From assembly GCA_040285825.1 (NCBI GenBank), contig JAUPSS010000007.1, positions 768,501-832,500 of the forward strand: 64,000 nt of DNA, given 5' to 3'. Position 1 is the stretch's first letter; every line of letters starts with the position of its first letter. Positions 50,781 through 62,996 of the stretch are shown here, piece by piece. The notes beneath the pieces are model-generated. The model made no database searches and was not told where the DNA came from. It saw only the letters and a program-made list of their open reading frames with translations. The position numbers and the translations under genes are program-made. The stretch comes from Eukaryota sp. TZLM1-RC (taxonomy: Eukaryota; Protista; Metamonada: BaSk clade).

Positions 50781-52850
50781 TTAATCATCAAAATCAGTAA
50801 TGATTGTACTATAACAAGAATCATCCCCAAGTGTGTCAAACGTAGAAGAATCAGTGAACTCAAATTCCAAATGATCCATTTGATGAAAGACAGAGGTGAC
50901 TGATGTCTGTAGTGTTTCCCATTGATGATTCAACTCATGAGCCGGAATAGGAACATCAATCCTAATGAGACTGTATTCATCACTAGAGGTAAGGGAAAAG
51001 CTTCCATTCAGCAGACTCTCAGTAACAACAATACACTTAGTGAGAGATCCACCGAAAGTGATCCCGGTCTCTTCTAAATCAGTCGGATTGACATGCTGAG
51101 AGGAGAAACTCTGGCAAGCAAGTCTTAACTGGGCATTACCCTCAAGCAGTTCATTCCAAACAGCTGCTCTGACCACTGTTCCACTTGGGGAAAACTTGAT
51201 TGAACTTGAAATTAAATCGCATAAAAGATCAATAGCGACGAAAGGTGCAAGTACATAAGTTTTACTGCCGTATATACTTGTGGTGCTGCCTTCACTGGAA
51301 GAAGCACTTGACCAAGCATTAGGACAAACGAAATCTATAATTACACTATGGTGAGGAATGTTGGGTCTTGCTTGAAGAACTGTTTCAGAATTGCAGATAA
51401 CTTCTACACAAGATTCAAACGATGGATTTCGACGAAGCGCATCTATCCTTGTTTGAATTATCGATTTAAACTTTTTGAAATCTATAAATCTCCAACCAGT
51501 AGCGACGTTGGAAACACAAGACCCTTCTGAAATTTGAGAAGAAAGTTCTTCTAGTTGTTGGCGAATGAGAGGTAACACATGGTCCTTGAGGTAGGTGAGA
51601 TGGACTCGGCCAAGTTTACAAACTGAGGGGGATTCTTCAATACCATATGTCACATCTCTGTCCACAATTTTTACCCATTGTTGAATATGACCAGAATACT
51701 GAGCAGAGCTCTTATGAATACCGTCAGTTTCAACTAACTCTTTCATTTGGTTTTCCAACTCACAAAACTCAGTTGATCTGACATCTTCAGGAGCATGATT
51801 GATAATGTTACTGCAGAGGACAATTAACTGAATAGTTGAGTCTAGAATTAGTAGAAAACGATCACAGCAAGAAATAGAAGGTAAATTCCATTTGGTTAAA
51901 GGCTTAAGTTTGGTCTGAAATCCCATTTGATTTACCAATGTGATGGTTGTGTCAAGATCTTCCTTCGAAGTATCTCTTATGCAATCAACCATGGGAATAT
52001 ATCTTTCGTCCCCAAACCATGGATGTTCAAGGGCTTGCTTGGCAGTCAGTCGTAATGAAGGATCTGGGTGAAGAAGACCAAGAAGCAAATCTTTGAGTGA
52101 TTGATCAACTGGTGGAAAAACAATTTGAGTCTTCCCTGCCGCATAATCTTGAATCTCTTGGAATAACTCCATTCTAGAAGAGGTTTTGGTCCACGGCGAT
52201 ATACCAAATGCAAGAATATAGAAAGTGACTCCAGTAGCCCAGCAATCTATTACAGGATTCTTGAGATATTGTTGTGATGTCTCTATGGAGATAAGCTCTG
52301 GCGAGAGGAACATTGGGGAACCTCTCAACTTTTTGTCAGAATCTTCTTCAAGAAGACTAGATACACCAAAGTCACTAAGGACTACACGCTTGCTCTTATG
52401 GAAACACCTATCTGACGTACGAGCGACAAGAATGTTTGAAGGTTTAATATCACGATGAACAACACCTTGTTCATGTATATAATACACACCTTGGAGAATT
52501 TGATTGAAAATATCACGTAACGATTTAATGTTGAGATTCAGCATAACAGTACCAATATCAGAGTCATTTAGAAGTTCCCAATCACAGAACTCTAGTACAA
52601 TGTACAGAAGACCTGATGCATCCTCCACCACATCGTACAATTGACGCACATGTGGGTTGTTGAGCTTCTTGAGAAATGCAATTTCCCTACGGAAAGAGAG
52701 TTCGGCCGTATTGGGGCTCTTGGATACATTGATGACCTTGACCGCAACCTCAAGCTTTGTTTCGTTATTGTATCCATAGTACACTTTGCCATGGGAACCT
52801 TCTCCAAGTAGACTGACTAATGTGTACTTTTGAAGATCATATTCACACAT
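50781..52850 (-). CDS. Ser/Thr protein kinase (CAMK/CaMKK-like) with degenerate C-terminal HATPase-like domain
   Basis: GEGSHG, VAVK, HRDIKPSN, DFG, GSPMFLSPE, DCWATG; start placed at MCEYD. Confidence 0.88.
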   Translation of the reverse strand: MCEYDLQKYTLVSLLGEGSHGKVYYGYNNETKLEVAVKVINVSKSPNTAELSFRREIAFLKKLNNPHVRQLYDVVEDASGLLYIVLEFCDWELLNDSDIGTVMLNLNIKSLRDIFNQILQGVYYIHEQGVVHRDIKPSNILVARTSDRCFHKSKRVVLSDFGVSSLLEEDSDKKLRGSPMFLSPELISIETSQQYLKNPVIDCWATGVTFYILAFGISPWTKTSSRMELFQEIQDYAAGKTQIVFPPVDQSLKDLLLGLLHPDPSLRLTAKQALEHPWFGDERYIPMVDCIRDTSKEDLDTTITLVNQMGFQTKLKPLTKWNLPSISCCDRFLLILDSTIQLIVLCSNIINHAPEDVRSTEFCELENQMKELVETDGIHKSSAQYSGHIQQWVKIVDRDVTYGIEESPSVCKLGRVHLTYLKDHVLPLIRQQLEELSSQISEGSCVSNVATGWRFIDFKKFKSIIQTRIDALRRNPSFESCVEVICNSETVLQARPNIPHHSVIIDFVCPNAWSSASSSEGSTTSIYGSKTYVLAPFVAIDLLCDLISSSIKFSPSGTVVRAAVWNELLEGNAQLRLACQSFSSQHVNPTDLEETGITFGGSLTKCIVVTESLLNGSFSLTSSDEYSLIRIDVPIPAHELNHQWETLQTSVTSVFHQMDHLEFEFTDSSTFDTLGDDSCYSTIITDFDD

Positions 52851-53545
52851 AGAGGTTAAGAGAGAGTGGGAGTCAGTAATTGAGATGTTGATTGATTGAA
52901 GGACTGAATTATTTTTGTCACCACCATATTTCGGTTTGAACCATTTCAAGTCTGTAGTAGTGTTTTGTTTTGTTTTTTTACACTCACAGTTTAAATCATC
53001 AATTAAAAGATACAATCAATCAAAAATAGATCCATTAAGGCAGAGTTTGTTCCAGTAATCAACATTTGTTTTCAGATAAACTTGCGACAACACGAAACTT
53101 TGCTGCTATGTCACAGATTTAGATGCTAATACAGTAGTTATCAAATCTTCAAGAAGAAGTTTTCTCCATTCCTCAAAAATGGTGTCAAAATCAGAGGTGT
53201 CCAGATCAGCAGGGTACAGTTATATTTGTCGTATGTTTGTTGGACCACTGATTGATTGACCTTAAAATAATATACAAGAAGTATTAATTTGTTTTAAAAA
53301 TAGCAGTATACAGAATTCCATTATTCAAAACAAAAAATTGGATGTCTTATTCTTATTAATCTATTTACACCTTCTGTTTCTCCCTTAAAATTGATGTTTT
53401 TCGTTGTTTAAGCAATAAAGTTATAAAAGATTCATTGATTTGGCATTAAACCAAAAGAAACTCCATTTGAACGCAGTATATAGTTTTTTTGAAATAATTA
53501 GCATTTATTCATTTAATAAGGAATATGAAAACATAACATACACAA

Positions 53546-54350
53546 CTAAACCTCAAAACCCTCAAAACCTGCCTCCTCTACATCAAAACAATTAATTGCT
53601 AAAGATTCAGAAAATTTGCCAAAAGAAGAGAGCGAATCAAAAACTAGTTTTACCATTCCCTCAAAAATAGAAAATACAATCCTGTTTGGCCTGTAAGCAC
53701 GATTCAAAATTCTTCCAGTTCCTTCCTTTACAACTACAACAAAATCATCAAGGAAACCCATAGCAGCCTTATCTAGAGATTCAAGAAAAAAAGCAAAGGG
53801 ACATGAATTATATTGGGCATGAGTATTTTCATTAACTGAGGAAATGAGTTTCGCATATTTAGCAATTTTATATTTTTCGCCAGCAAGAAGAGGATTATTC
53901 ACATCTGAGTTAATGAAATGTTCGTTAGAAGAATTACAAGGTCAATGGACATGGCGTCAAAAAAGTAAAACTAGCACTTAAGCCGGGAACAACCAGATCA
54001 CCTCTTTTCAGACCCATAGAAGCTCTGTTGTAGCGCGTACTATCATTATTGGGGTCATCAAGGATTAGTTTTGATAACAAAGGCTCTAAGAAGGAATCTA
54101 CTCGATATGATTTGCACATTACATAAATTTAGTCCCTGGCATTCTTATGCACTTTACTTTTCAATGTAATGAAATGTTTACCGTTCAAAAGATGAGTAAA
54201 CAAAAGAGGTTTGCCACATTTACATATTGAATGATTGGGCAAATTGTTTGGCCATAGAAAACAACGAAAACGCATGTTTAAAAGCCATTCATTATTTTCT
54301 AACAAAAGACCATAAACAGAGAAAATTTGAGTTATTGAAGCAGCAGAACT
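53546..54350 (-). mobile_element. Degenerate CRE-like 3' fragment (further family)
   Basis: NMRFRCFLWP...CKC...FLEPLL...KRGDLVV...GEKYKIAKY motifs. Confidence 0.8.
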
Positions 54351-54795
54351 ATAAGAAATTTCAAGTTTTGTTTTTTAAAAATTTTTGCTTATATTAATTA
54401 TCAGAGTACTATATCCAAAGTAAAATAGAAAAATGCTCTTAAATAATTTTGGAAAAACAAATTGATGTAAGTACAAATATTGACAAAAATCCTGACCACA
54501 AAAATGAAATAATAAAAAATAAATATAAAAAATTTACAAACTTCCAATTTCCAAAATAAAAAAATTTGTTGGAAACCAATTAAGTATCACACTCAGATTC
54601 AACAAATTCTGGCCAAAAATATTTTGTTAAAAATAAAAAAAATAAAAACACAGTTACAAGGTATCTAGGCCAAATACATAAAGTATAATTTGTAATAAAA
54701 GACATAATTAAAAAAATCAAATTGAAAATGCTTAAAATAATTAAAAATAGTGACCAATATATAACCAACACAAACTCAAACCCTAACTTTGGTTT

Positions 54796-55206
54796 TTAAC
54801 ATTGCTTTCTTGTAGCATATTCAAAAGCCCTCCTGAAATCTCCAAAGGTAAGTCTTGAGTCATGATCACTATCCAATTCGGCAAAGACTCCCACCAACAT
54901 CTCTTCTCCTAAATGTGGAGCTACCTCACCCAGCACAAGGCTAAGATCATGGCGTGTTATGAAACCTGAACCAGACAAATCTAGAGAGGCAAAAAGTTCA
55001 CGAAGGTGGGAGAAGGTATCTGGTTTGTTGATATCACAAAAGGAGAGGAACTCTTCCTGTGAAATGCGATCTTTGTGATCTATTGAGAAGGCAAGAAAGG
55101 TGTGGGGAACCTTTCCCAGCACTGAGATCAAAGCAAGTTCGCATTGTTGTGAAGTTAGGAAATCTCCATTTTGAGAATATTTGCTAAATGCAGCAGTTGG
55201 GTCCAT
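54796..55206 (-). CDS. Calmodulin-like EF-hand protein
   Basis: DLSGSGFITRHD and DSDHDSRLTFGDF EF-hand loops; start at MDPT. Confidence 0.85.
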   Translation of the reverse strand: MDPTAAFSKYSQNGDFLTSQQCELALISVLGKVPHTFLAFSIDHKDRISQEEFLSFCDINKPDTFSHLRELFASLDLSGSGFITRHDLSLVLGEVAPHLGEEMLVGVFAELDSDHDSRLTFGDFRRAFEYATRKQC

Positions 55207-56273
55207 AAAAAAATGTCTTTGAGGGATTGAGTGAAGGATTTTGAATACACCCTCTACCATTTTCATGTTCTTCCATTGTTGCCAACAGTTTCAACGAAGT
55301 TTTTCTAGCTCTATTTCATAAATCTTCGCATATTTTGCACATGGTTGGTTTATGACGAATAGGTTCTTCGAATTTCATTTGTTTTCGTAGTCTCCAATGA
55401 CAATAAAACCCATGAACCACTTGGCTGGAATCACCTATTCCTGATTTGAAGCGGTGCATCATTTTCGCCTCGGATTTTGTGTGATTGGTCTCAGTCGTCC
55501 AACTCAGTTGGCTTGTATTTTTTTAATATAGAGTTCACCTACTTTTTACATGATTGTGTTTTTGGATATATGCTATTAATATTTCAAATTTGCAACTTCT
55601 GAAGTTGACCTGAATTAAAGTTGCTCCCGTTTCAGCTACAGATTTAGTTGTGTAATCATCATTACCTAAGTTTAATGCGTAATCAATTTCTTGGGAAATC
55701 TGGTCTCTTGAGGAACTTCACCTCTTAATAAACTATTAGTTTTCTCATTCATTTCATTTACTAACCTTTTGTTCAGGTTCAGCTTTCATTGTGTGACAGC
55801 AGAGAAATCATTGTCAAATGGATCAAACAGTTGGGACCGTTCTTGATATCAGTTTGTTTACGAAAACAGGACCAATTTCTGTTAAATTTGACACATTTTA
55901 AATCAAATCCTATTCAATATTCTGTAATTTACCTAGCTGCATACCTATATGAAATCCCATAAACTATTTAGTGATCGAAAAAGTATACTGCCTGTGCTTT
56001 GGAAAATTGACAAACTATTTTAACAAAATGTAATAAACAAGTCCAGTCCGTAGATTTTCTTTGTTTGAAATAACACTAACATTAATTTATTTTTATTAAT
56101 TAAAATTATTTATATTCTCACCAATTGAATACTTATATTTGACCCAATCTGCTTTTGGTTCTCTGAATTCTCTTCTATCCTGTGGATTGTGAAGCATAAT
56201 GAATACAGGAATTGGAATCAATTGATGAATCGCCCATCTGTATTGTACAAAGCATCAACAGTTGAAGATGACC

Positions 56274-57288
56274 ACAAATTTGGACCAAATGTTTTCCTCA
56301 ATCAATTCAAGAAATTCCAAACCGATCTCTTTTTAATTTACAATTTTGCTGTAAAAAGCTTCAACAAAAATTGTCAAAGATTTTTGAAAGCTTGGACTTT
56401 GATGTTACACTTGGCTTGGCCAAGAAAACGAATCCCGCTTTTGCAAATCTTTTACAAGATATGCTTGACAGTACTTCTTCTGCCTTAGTAACAACAATTC
56501 CCCAAGTTTATGGTACTCTCTTAACTGATTCTGCTTGGACTCTGAATATGAGATTTCGTTCCTTTATCTGGCCTGATAATTTACCTCATACTTTAATTTG
56601 TAAATGTTCTCGAGAAATTACAACTACTCATTTGTTAAATTGTAAACATTTTATTACTTTTAGAAGCAAGGTTCACGATGCTGTCAGAGACCAATTAGAT
56701 TGTATGTGTAAGTCTCATAAATTTGAATCTTTTTTTGAAACCTCTGTTGTCAAATATGTTTGATGCTGAAGATGATTTTCATAAGAATAATGGAGGTGAT
56801 GCCATATTACCTGGATCAGATGGAAGTTTCATTTTATTGGATGTAATGCCTGTTGATCCTTGTAATGTCTCAAATGAAATGCTTGTTAATTCTGAAATTC
56901 ATAATCCTCTTTCAAACGCTGAAAATTTCAAATTCAAAAAATACAATGAACCTTTGTCCAAATTGGCCAGTCTACAGCATGCAAAATACAATTTGTATCC
57001 ATTTGTATTTTCCCTTTTTGGTTCACTTGCACCAACTGCTTTACGTTTTTTGGATGATTTTGAAATGATTGTAAAGAGAAGAACTGGCAGAAATTTCAAC
57101 AGATTGTTTTGGCAAAATAGAATTGTGTTTTTTATTTTTCAGGGGATGTTGAAGATGGTTTCTGATGCTTTGCTTTCTCTTGGATCTCACTATGAGAGTT
57201 GCATCTAGTGTTTTTGTTCTGGGAGAGATGGATTTTTTAGATGTTGATTTATAGGTTTTGAATAAAATTAAAATTTTGGTAAAAAAAA
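56274..57288 (+). mobile_element. 5'-truncated CRE-like element, family A
   Basis: Near-identical to the 3' kb of 60232-62954; A-tail; TSD GTTGAAGATGACC (56261-56273, 57289-57301). Confidence 0.92.
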
Positions 57289-57523
57289 GTTGAAGATGAC
57301 CGTTATAAATTTGGAAATGCATGAAGATCAAATCAGCTGTTTTCAAAATCTGCATAAATCTCAACGAATCATTTCGAATATGTGAAGCGGAAAGTTACCA
57401 ACAATAAAATTGTTTTCAATTGATTAGAAAATTTTGCTGAAAAACGAGAAAAATTCTAAAAAAAGAAATTTCAAGAGAATTTCTCATTTTATCCAACTTA
57501 CTTTACTCCAAACTTCGACACTC

Positions 57524-58027
57524 ATGGCTCCCCAACAAAAAGGAAAAGGCAAAGCTCGTAGAAGAAAGACTACCGAGCCTGCTAAGCGTGAACTGCTTCT
57601 CAAAGAGGAAGGTCAAGAATATGCCCAAGTTACCCGTCTTTTAGGTAACGCTCGTGTTGAAGCACAATGCTTTGACGGCAAAAGGCGTCTATGTCACATT
57701 CGTGGTAAACTTCGCAAAAGGTGTTGGATTCGTGTCTCTGACTTAATCCTCATCTCTCTAAGGGATTACCAGGACCAAAAGGCCGACATTCTTCACAAAT
57801 ACAATCCCGACGAGGCGAGGAGTCTCAAGAAAAGAGGAGAGATTGCCGACACTGTCAGCATCTCGGCCACAGAGGTACCTCAACAGGATGACATTGAATT
57901 TGCTGAGGATGATAATGAACTCCAACAAGATTTCAGGGGCCACCTTCCACCGTCGGATGATGATATGATGCCTTCTAGTGAGGAGGAAGAGATTGAAGAT
58001 TTGGAGGATGCTATTGATGATCTTTAG
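57524..58027 (+). CDS. EIF1A: Translation initiation factor 1A
   Basis: [24 protein letters not shown]...[11 protein letters not shown]...[10 protein letters not shown], acidic tail. Confidence 0.96.
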   Translation: MAPQQKGKGKARRRKTTEPAKRELLLKEEGQEYAQVTRLLGNARVEAQCFDGKRRLCHIRGKLRKRCWIRVSDLILISLRDYQDQKADILHKYNPDEARSLKKRGEIADTVSISATEVPQQDDIEFAEDDNELQQDFRGHLPPSDDDMMPSSEEEEIEDLEDAIDDL

Positions 58028-58817
58028 TTTTAGTTGTAGTAGTTTTTTTGGTATTCTAAATGATTTGTGAATTACTATTTATCATTTACATATTTTGATG
58101 AAGGGAGTTATAGACATTATCAACTTTTGTTTGCCGTGTCCTGTTATATTTACTTAAAATTAAGTTTCTATATTAAATTGGACTTATTCAAATATTTCTG
58201 AGGGTTTTTGCTTCAAGGATTTAGTTCTTCTTGTTTTTGCAATGCTGAAGTGTGCTTATCACCAATTGAAAGTTGTTTGTTCATATTGTGTTCTCACCTT
58301 GCTTGTATAATGATGAACATGCCAACTAAAACTAGCTTTTGCTAATTAGAGTCAACAAATAAATTTCTTCTAGTTTGATTTATTTTACATTTAATTATAG
58401 TTTTTTTGAATTAAGATTATTTTAAATGCAGGAACAGTAATCTGCGAGCATTGAACAATCCATACACTGCTGTCAGGACGTTATTACAGAATTAGTGTAA
58501 TTTTCACTATAGTTTTAAATTAAAAGTTTTAATTGAAAAATTAAGGATGAAGTATTTCAAAAAACCTCCTTGTATGTACAATGACAATTTTGGCTTGTAT
58601 CTTATTGTGATTCTACGGTCTCCAAGTTGCAAAATGCTGTGATAATCCTCAAAACCAAGTAATTTTGCAACCCAACAAATGAAATACTTGCAAGCTTTAT
58701 ATTTCAAATAATAGAACCTTTTAACACCTGGTCAAATATCCTCACTTAATTGTATCTTTCTACTGTCTGTTAGTAAGATATCCTTTTATGCATCTACTGG
58801 GTCTTGGAATTGATTTA

Positions 58818-59114
58818 ATGTCCCCTCGTCTTCCCCCAAAAACATCCTCTACTCCCGTGTCCAAAAGCACGACCTTCCCCATTGTGTGTTGCATTTATGG
58901 TGTCTGGGGCTTTATCTTTCTCATGTTTTTGGGGTTCGGGCTGAAACGTGGATGGCCACTGGGGAAAGCTCTTGCAGAGTCAACAGAGAATGGAGACCCT
59001 GTAATTGTAGCTGCTTCCCTCCATTTTGTACTATTTGCTTTTGGTTTGTTAATGTATCTAAGGAGGCGGCGTGTAAGTTCTCCAACACCACAAGTACAAA
59101 CAGCAATTAATTAG
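58818..59114 (+). CDS. Two-TM small protein, RNASEK/V-ATPase subunit f-like
   Basis: CCIYGVWGFIFLMFLG first helix plus a second TM helix. Confidence 0.5.
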   Translation: MSPRLPPKTSSTPVSKSTTFPIVCCIYGVWGFIFLMFLGFGLKRGWPLGKALAESTENGDPVIVAASLHFVLFAFGLLMYLRRRRVSSPTPQVQTAIN

Positions 59115-59397
59115 TTTTTGTGTAAATACATCCAATTATCTCAGTATTTGATGTTGTAACTTGAAATCCACAATCAACATCTTCAATAACTGCTCAAATA
59201 TGGCTGTAAAATCATTAAAAATGTAAAAATTATGTTAAATTCATATTGAGTTGGTGTATGTCTCCACTCACATAGAATGTCAATCTTTATGTGTCAAATT
59301 GAGGAAAATCTAAGAGAAACGGCTGCCACACTGTTAGGACATTTATAGCACATTATAATGATCGAATCAGGTAAAGCTAATGGTCCAAGTAATGAAT

Positions 59398-59755
59398 GTT
59401 TATTGAATTTGCACACCTAATTAAATTAACTCATAACTAATGGGACGACTATCATTGAACCAAGATTTCCTGTACAAAATCATGATCTGCTTGCTGTCTA
59501 GCTAAAGCTTCTCTTATTCGATTGAAAAACCGAGGTAATCTATTAATAATGGCAAATTGAATTCGTGAATGCCATAAAAAATATCAAATCTTTTCATTGT
59601 TTTTCCTCGCACCATTTTTTGGAAGTCATTCAAAAAAGTTTCTGCTTCATCTGATAATCTTCCATTTATCGAAAATGGGAATTCAATAAAAACCAGCTGT
59701 GTATTTCTATCAGCATTAGCCTCTTCAATATCTTTATCATATTTTCTATGTTTTG
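59398..59755 (-). mobile_element. 5'-truncated CRE-like element, family B
   Basis: Near-identical to 35325-35682. Confidence 0.85.
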
Positions 59756-60231
59756 CAGCCAATAATCAACTGAATCTGGGGATATTCAAATATAATTTCA
59801 TTTTTGTTACAACTGCTTCCTTAGTGGCACACAATCCAAATCTTCGTGGAACCATGGTTACAAAAAGTGAAGAATCTCATGACTGAATTTCACAAACACC
59901 CTTTTTCAATAACAATGAGTGAAGATCTTTATTTAAAACAGCCGAGCTGCATATATTAATATAAAGATCATTTTCAAAAGTAATCAATTACTTTTTCGTT
60001 CACTGTTTTGTGGCACAAAAGCAGCCACTCTTTTACTGTCTTGCATACAAGTAAGCCTAATTGTACCATGTCCATGTACCATTCATTCCATGGTGATCCA
60101 TGGTATAAGTCGAAAAGTATTCATTCTGAAAGTCCACCACAAGTAGTAGCTTTTTGAATTACAAAAGCTTCGATGAAACCATATCGATGAACCATCAATA
60201 AACCATCACTTTACCAACAACAGATTGGAAT

Positions 60232-62954
60232 CCCAGTAGAAATAAGTCCCGCCAGCACAATCCCCTTCTCAATGGAAATGAGAAATTTTATTTCTGAATT
60301 GAAAAATAATAAGTGGAATATTTCATCCTTCTGGAAATATTTTGCTAGAAAAAACAAAAATTGTTTTAAGAAAAAATTTGGAAATAGAAAAATTGTAAAA
60401 TCAAAAATTTGCCGTAAATTGTGCTTACGTGGTCGTTATGGTGCCGCAAAGCAGTCTTTGTTTTCCTCTTCTTTGGCTGATGCAAACTCTGATACCCTTG
60501 AAAAACTTCAAAAGTTGCATCCTCAAGAAAATTTCAAGTGCAGCAAGCCTGAAGTGTGTCCTTTTTGGATTGAAAATCCTATTACTGCAATTGAAGTTCT
60601 TAAAGCTATTCAAAAATTGCCAAAGGGGAAAGCAGCAGGCCCATCTGGAATTTCTTTTTGATCTGTTAAAAATAGCGTGTTCCAGTGCTCCCGAAATTGC
60701 TGATGATCTAGCCCACTATTTTCAACAATTGATTGTTTTGAAAATTAATCCTCCATTTGAATTACTCGCAGCACGTCTGATTGCTTTAGTAAAGCCTGGA
60801 AACGGAATCAAACCTGATGGAATACGCCCAATTGCTGTTGGTGAATCTCTTTCTCGTTTGCTAGCATCAATTGTCTTCGATCGTGTCAAAGACAAAGCTT
60901 CTACATTTTTGAATCCTCATCAATTTGGAATCAAAACAATTGATGGTGCTTCTGTTGCTGCTATTGCCTCTGATACCTTTTTTAATGCAGAGGAAAATAA
61001 TTTTATTTTTAATCTCGACTTTAAAAATGCTTTTAATTCTGTAAAGCGAGAAGCAATTTTTGAAGTTATTAAATCTGATTTTCCTGAGCTATCGAGTTTT
61101 TTCTACCATTTTTATGGGAAAGAATCAGATTTAATTTTTAATTCATTTGGTCTTAAATCATCTTCTGGAGTGAAGCAGGGAGATCCTTTAGGCCCATTAT
61201 TGTTTTGTTTAGCTATTCACAAAACTTTAAATATCATTAAGCAAAAATACCCTTCTATAAAAATAGTTGCTTATATGGATGATATATCCTTGATTGGTTC
61301 ATTTGATTTACTAGAATTGGTTGCTCAAGAAATTGCCGTTTCATATGAAAATATTGGGCTTCTTCTTAATGCCAGCAAATGCCTTCTGATTGGCTCTTCT
61401 GCTCAAGACCTCGTGATAAACGATTCTATTGTCCCTTTTACTAATTATAGTAGTGATGCTTTTAAGTTCCTTGGTTGTTGGTTAGGAAATTTGCCTCAAA
61501 TTCAGAATGAATTGCAAGTTATTTTGGAAAAAATGAAAATTGAACTTTATTCAATTTCTTCTTTAGATATAGAAAAGCATATTAAATTTTTCATGCTTAA
61601 AATTTGCTACACTGGGAGAATAACCCACATTTTGAGATCTTGTGCTCCTTCCATAGCATTAGATTTTTGTCGTTCTTTTAATTCATTGAGAACAGAATTT
61701 TTTGCTGATTTATTGGATGTAGAACCAGGAATGTTGAAAAGCCATTTATTTTCTTCAGCAAATTTGGGTGGTATTGGTTTTACTAAATCTTCAATTTTGT
61801 GTCAATCAGCATTCTTGGGTGGTGGCAAAAATTTTATTTATGGATTTTCTCGTAGATTTCCTGATGATTCTCATCTGTTAGTCCCCAATTGTAGTCCCTA
61901 TTTGTATGAGTTATCTTGTGAACTTGAAAAATTGCCACCACAAATTTGGACCAAATATTTTCCTCAATCAATTCAAGAAATTCCAAACCGATCTCTTTTT
62001 AATTTACAGTTTTGCTGTAAAAAGCTTCAACAAAAATTGTCAAAGATTTTTGAAAGCTTGGACTTTGATGTTAGACTTGGCTTGGCCACGAAAACGAATC
62101 CCGCTTTTGCAAATCTTTTACAAGATATGTGTGACAGTACTTCCTCTGCCTTAGTAACAACAATTCCACAAGTTTATGGTACTCTCTTATCCGATTCTGC
62201 TTGGACTCTGAATATGAGATTTCGTTCCTTTATCTGGCCTGATAATTTACCTCATAATTTAATTTGTAAATGTTCTCGAGAAATTACAACTACTCATTTG
62301 TTAAATTGTAAACATTTTATTACTTTTAGAAGCAAGGTTCATGATGCTGTAAGAGACCAGTTATATTGTATGTGTAAATCTCATAAATTTGAATCTTTTT
62401 TTGAAACCTCTGTTGTCAAATATGTTTGATGCTGAAGATGATTTTCATAAGAATAATGGAGGTGATGCCATATTACCTGGATCAGATGGAAGTTTCATTT
62501 TATTGGATGTAATGCCTGTTGATCCTTGTAATGCCTCAAATGAAAGGCTTGTTAATTCTGAAATTCATAATCCCCTTTCAAATGCTGAAAATTTTAAATT
62601 CAAAAAATACAATGAACCTTTGTCCAAATTGGCCAGTCTACAGCATGCAAAATACAATTTGTATCCATTTGTATTTTCCCTTTTTGGTTCACTTGCACCA
62701 ACTGCTTTACGTTTTTTGGATGATTTTGAAATGATTGTAAAGAGAAGAACTGGCAGAAATTTCAACAGATTGTTTTGGCAAAATAGAATTGTGTTTTCTA
62801 TTTTTAAGGGGATGTTGAAGATGGTTTCTGATGCTTTGCTTTCTCTTGGATCTCACTATGAGAGAGTTGCATCTAGTGTTTTTGTTTTGGGAGAGATGGA
62901 TTTTTTAGATGTTGATTTATAGGTTTAGAATAAAATTAAATTTTCAAAAAAAAA
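60232..62954 (+). mobile_element. CRE-clade non-LTR retrotransposon, family A (RT plus RLE, 5'-truncated, two frameshifts)
   Basis: KAAGPSG, RPIAVGE, LDFKNAFNS, GVKQGDPLGPLLF, YMDD, CKC..HLLNC, HDAVRD, RLE; A-tail; TSD CAACAGATTGGAAT (60218-60231, 62955-62968). Confidence 0.95.
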
Positions 62955-62996
62955 CAACAGATTGGAATTGTAATTTTTGTTTATTTTCCTTTCACT

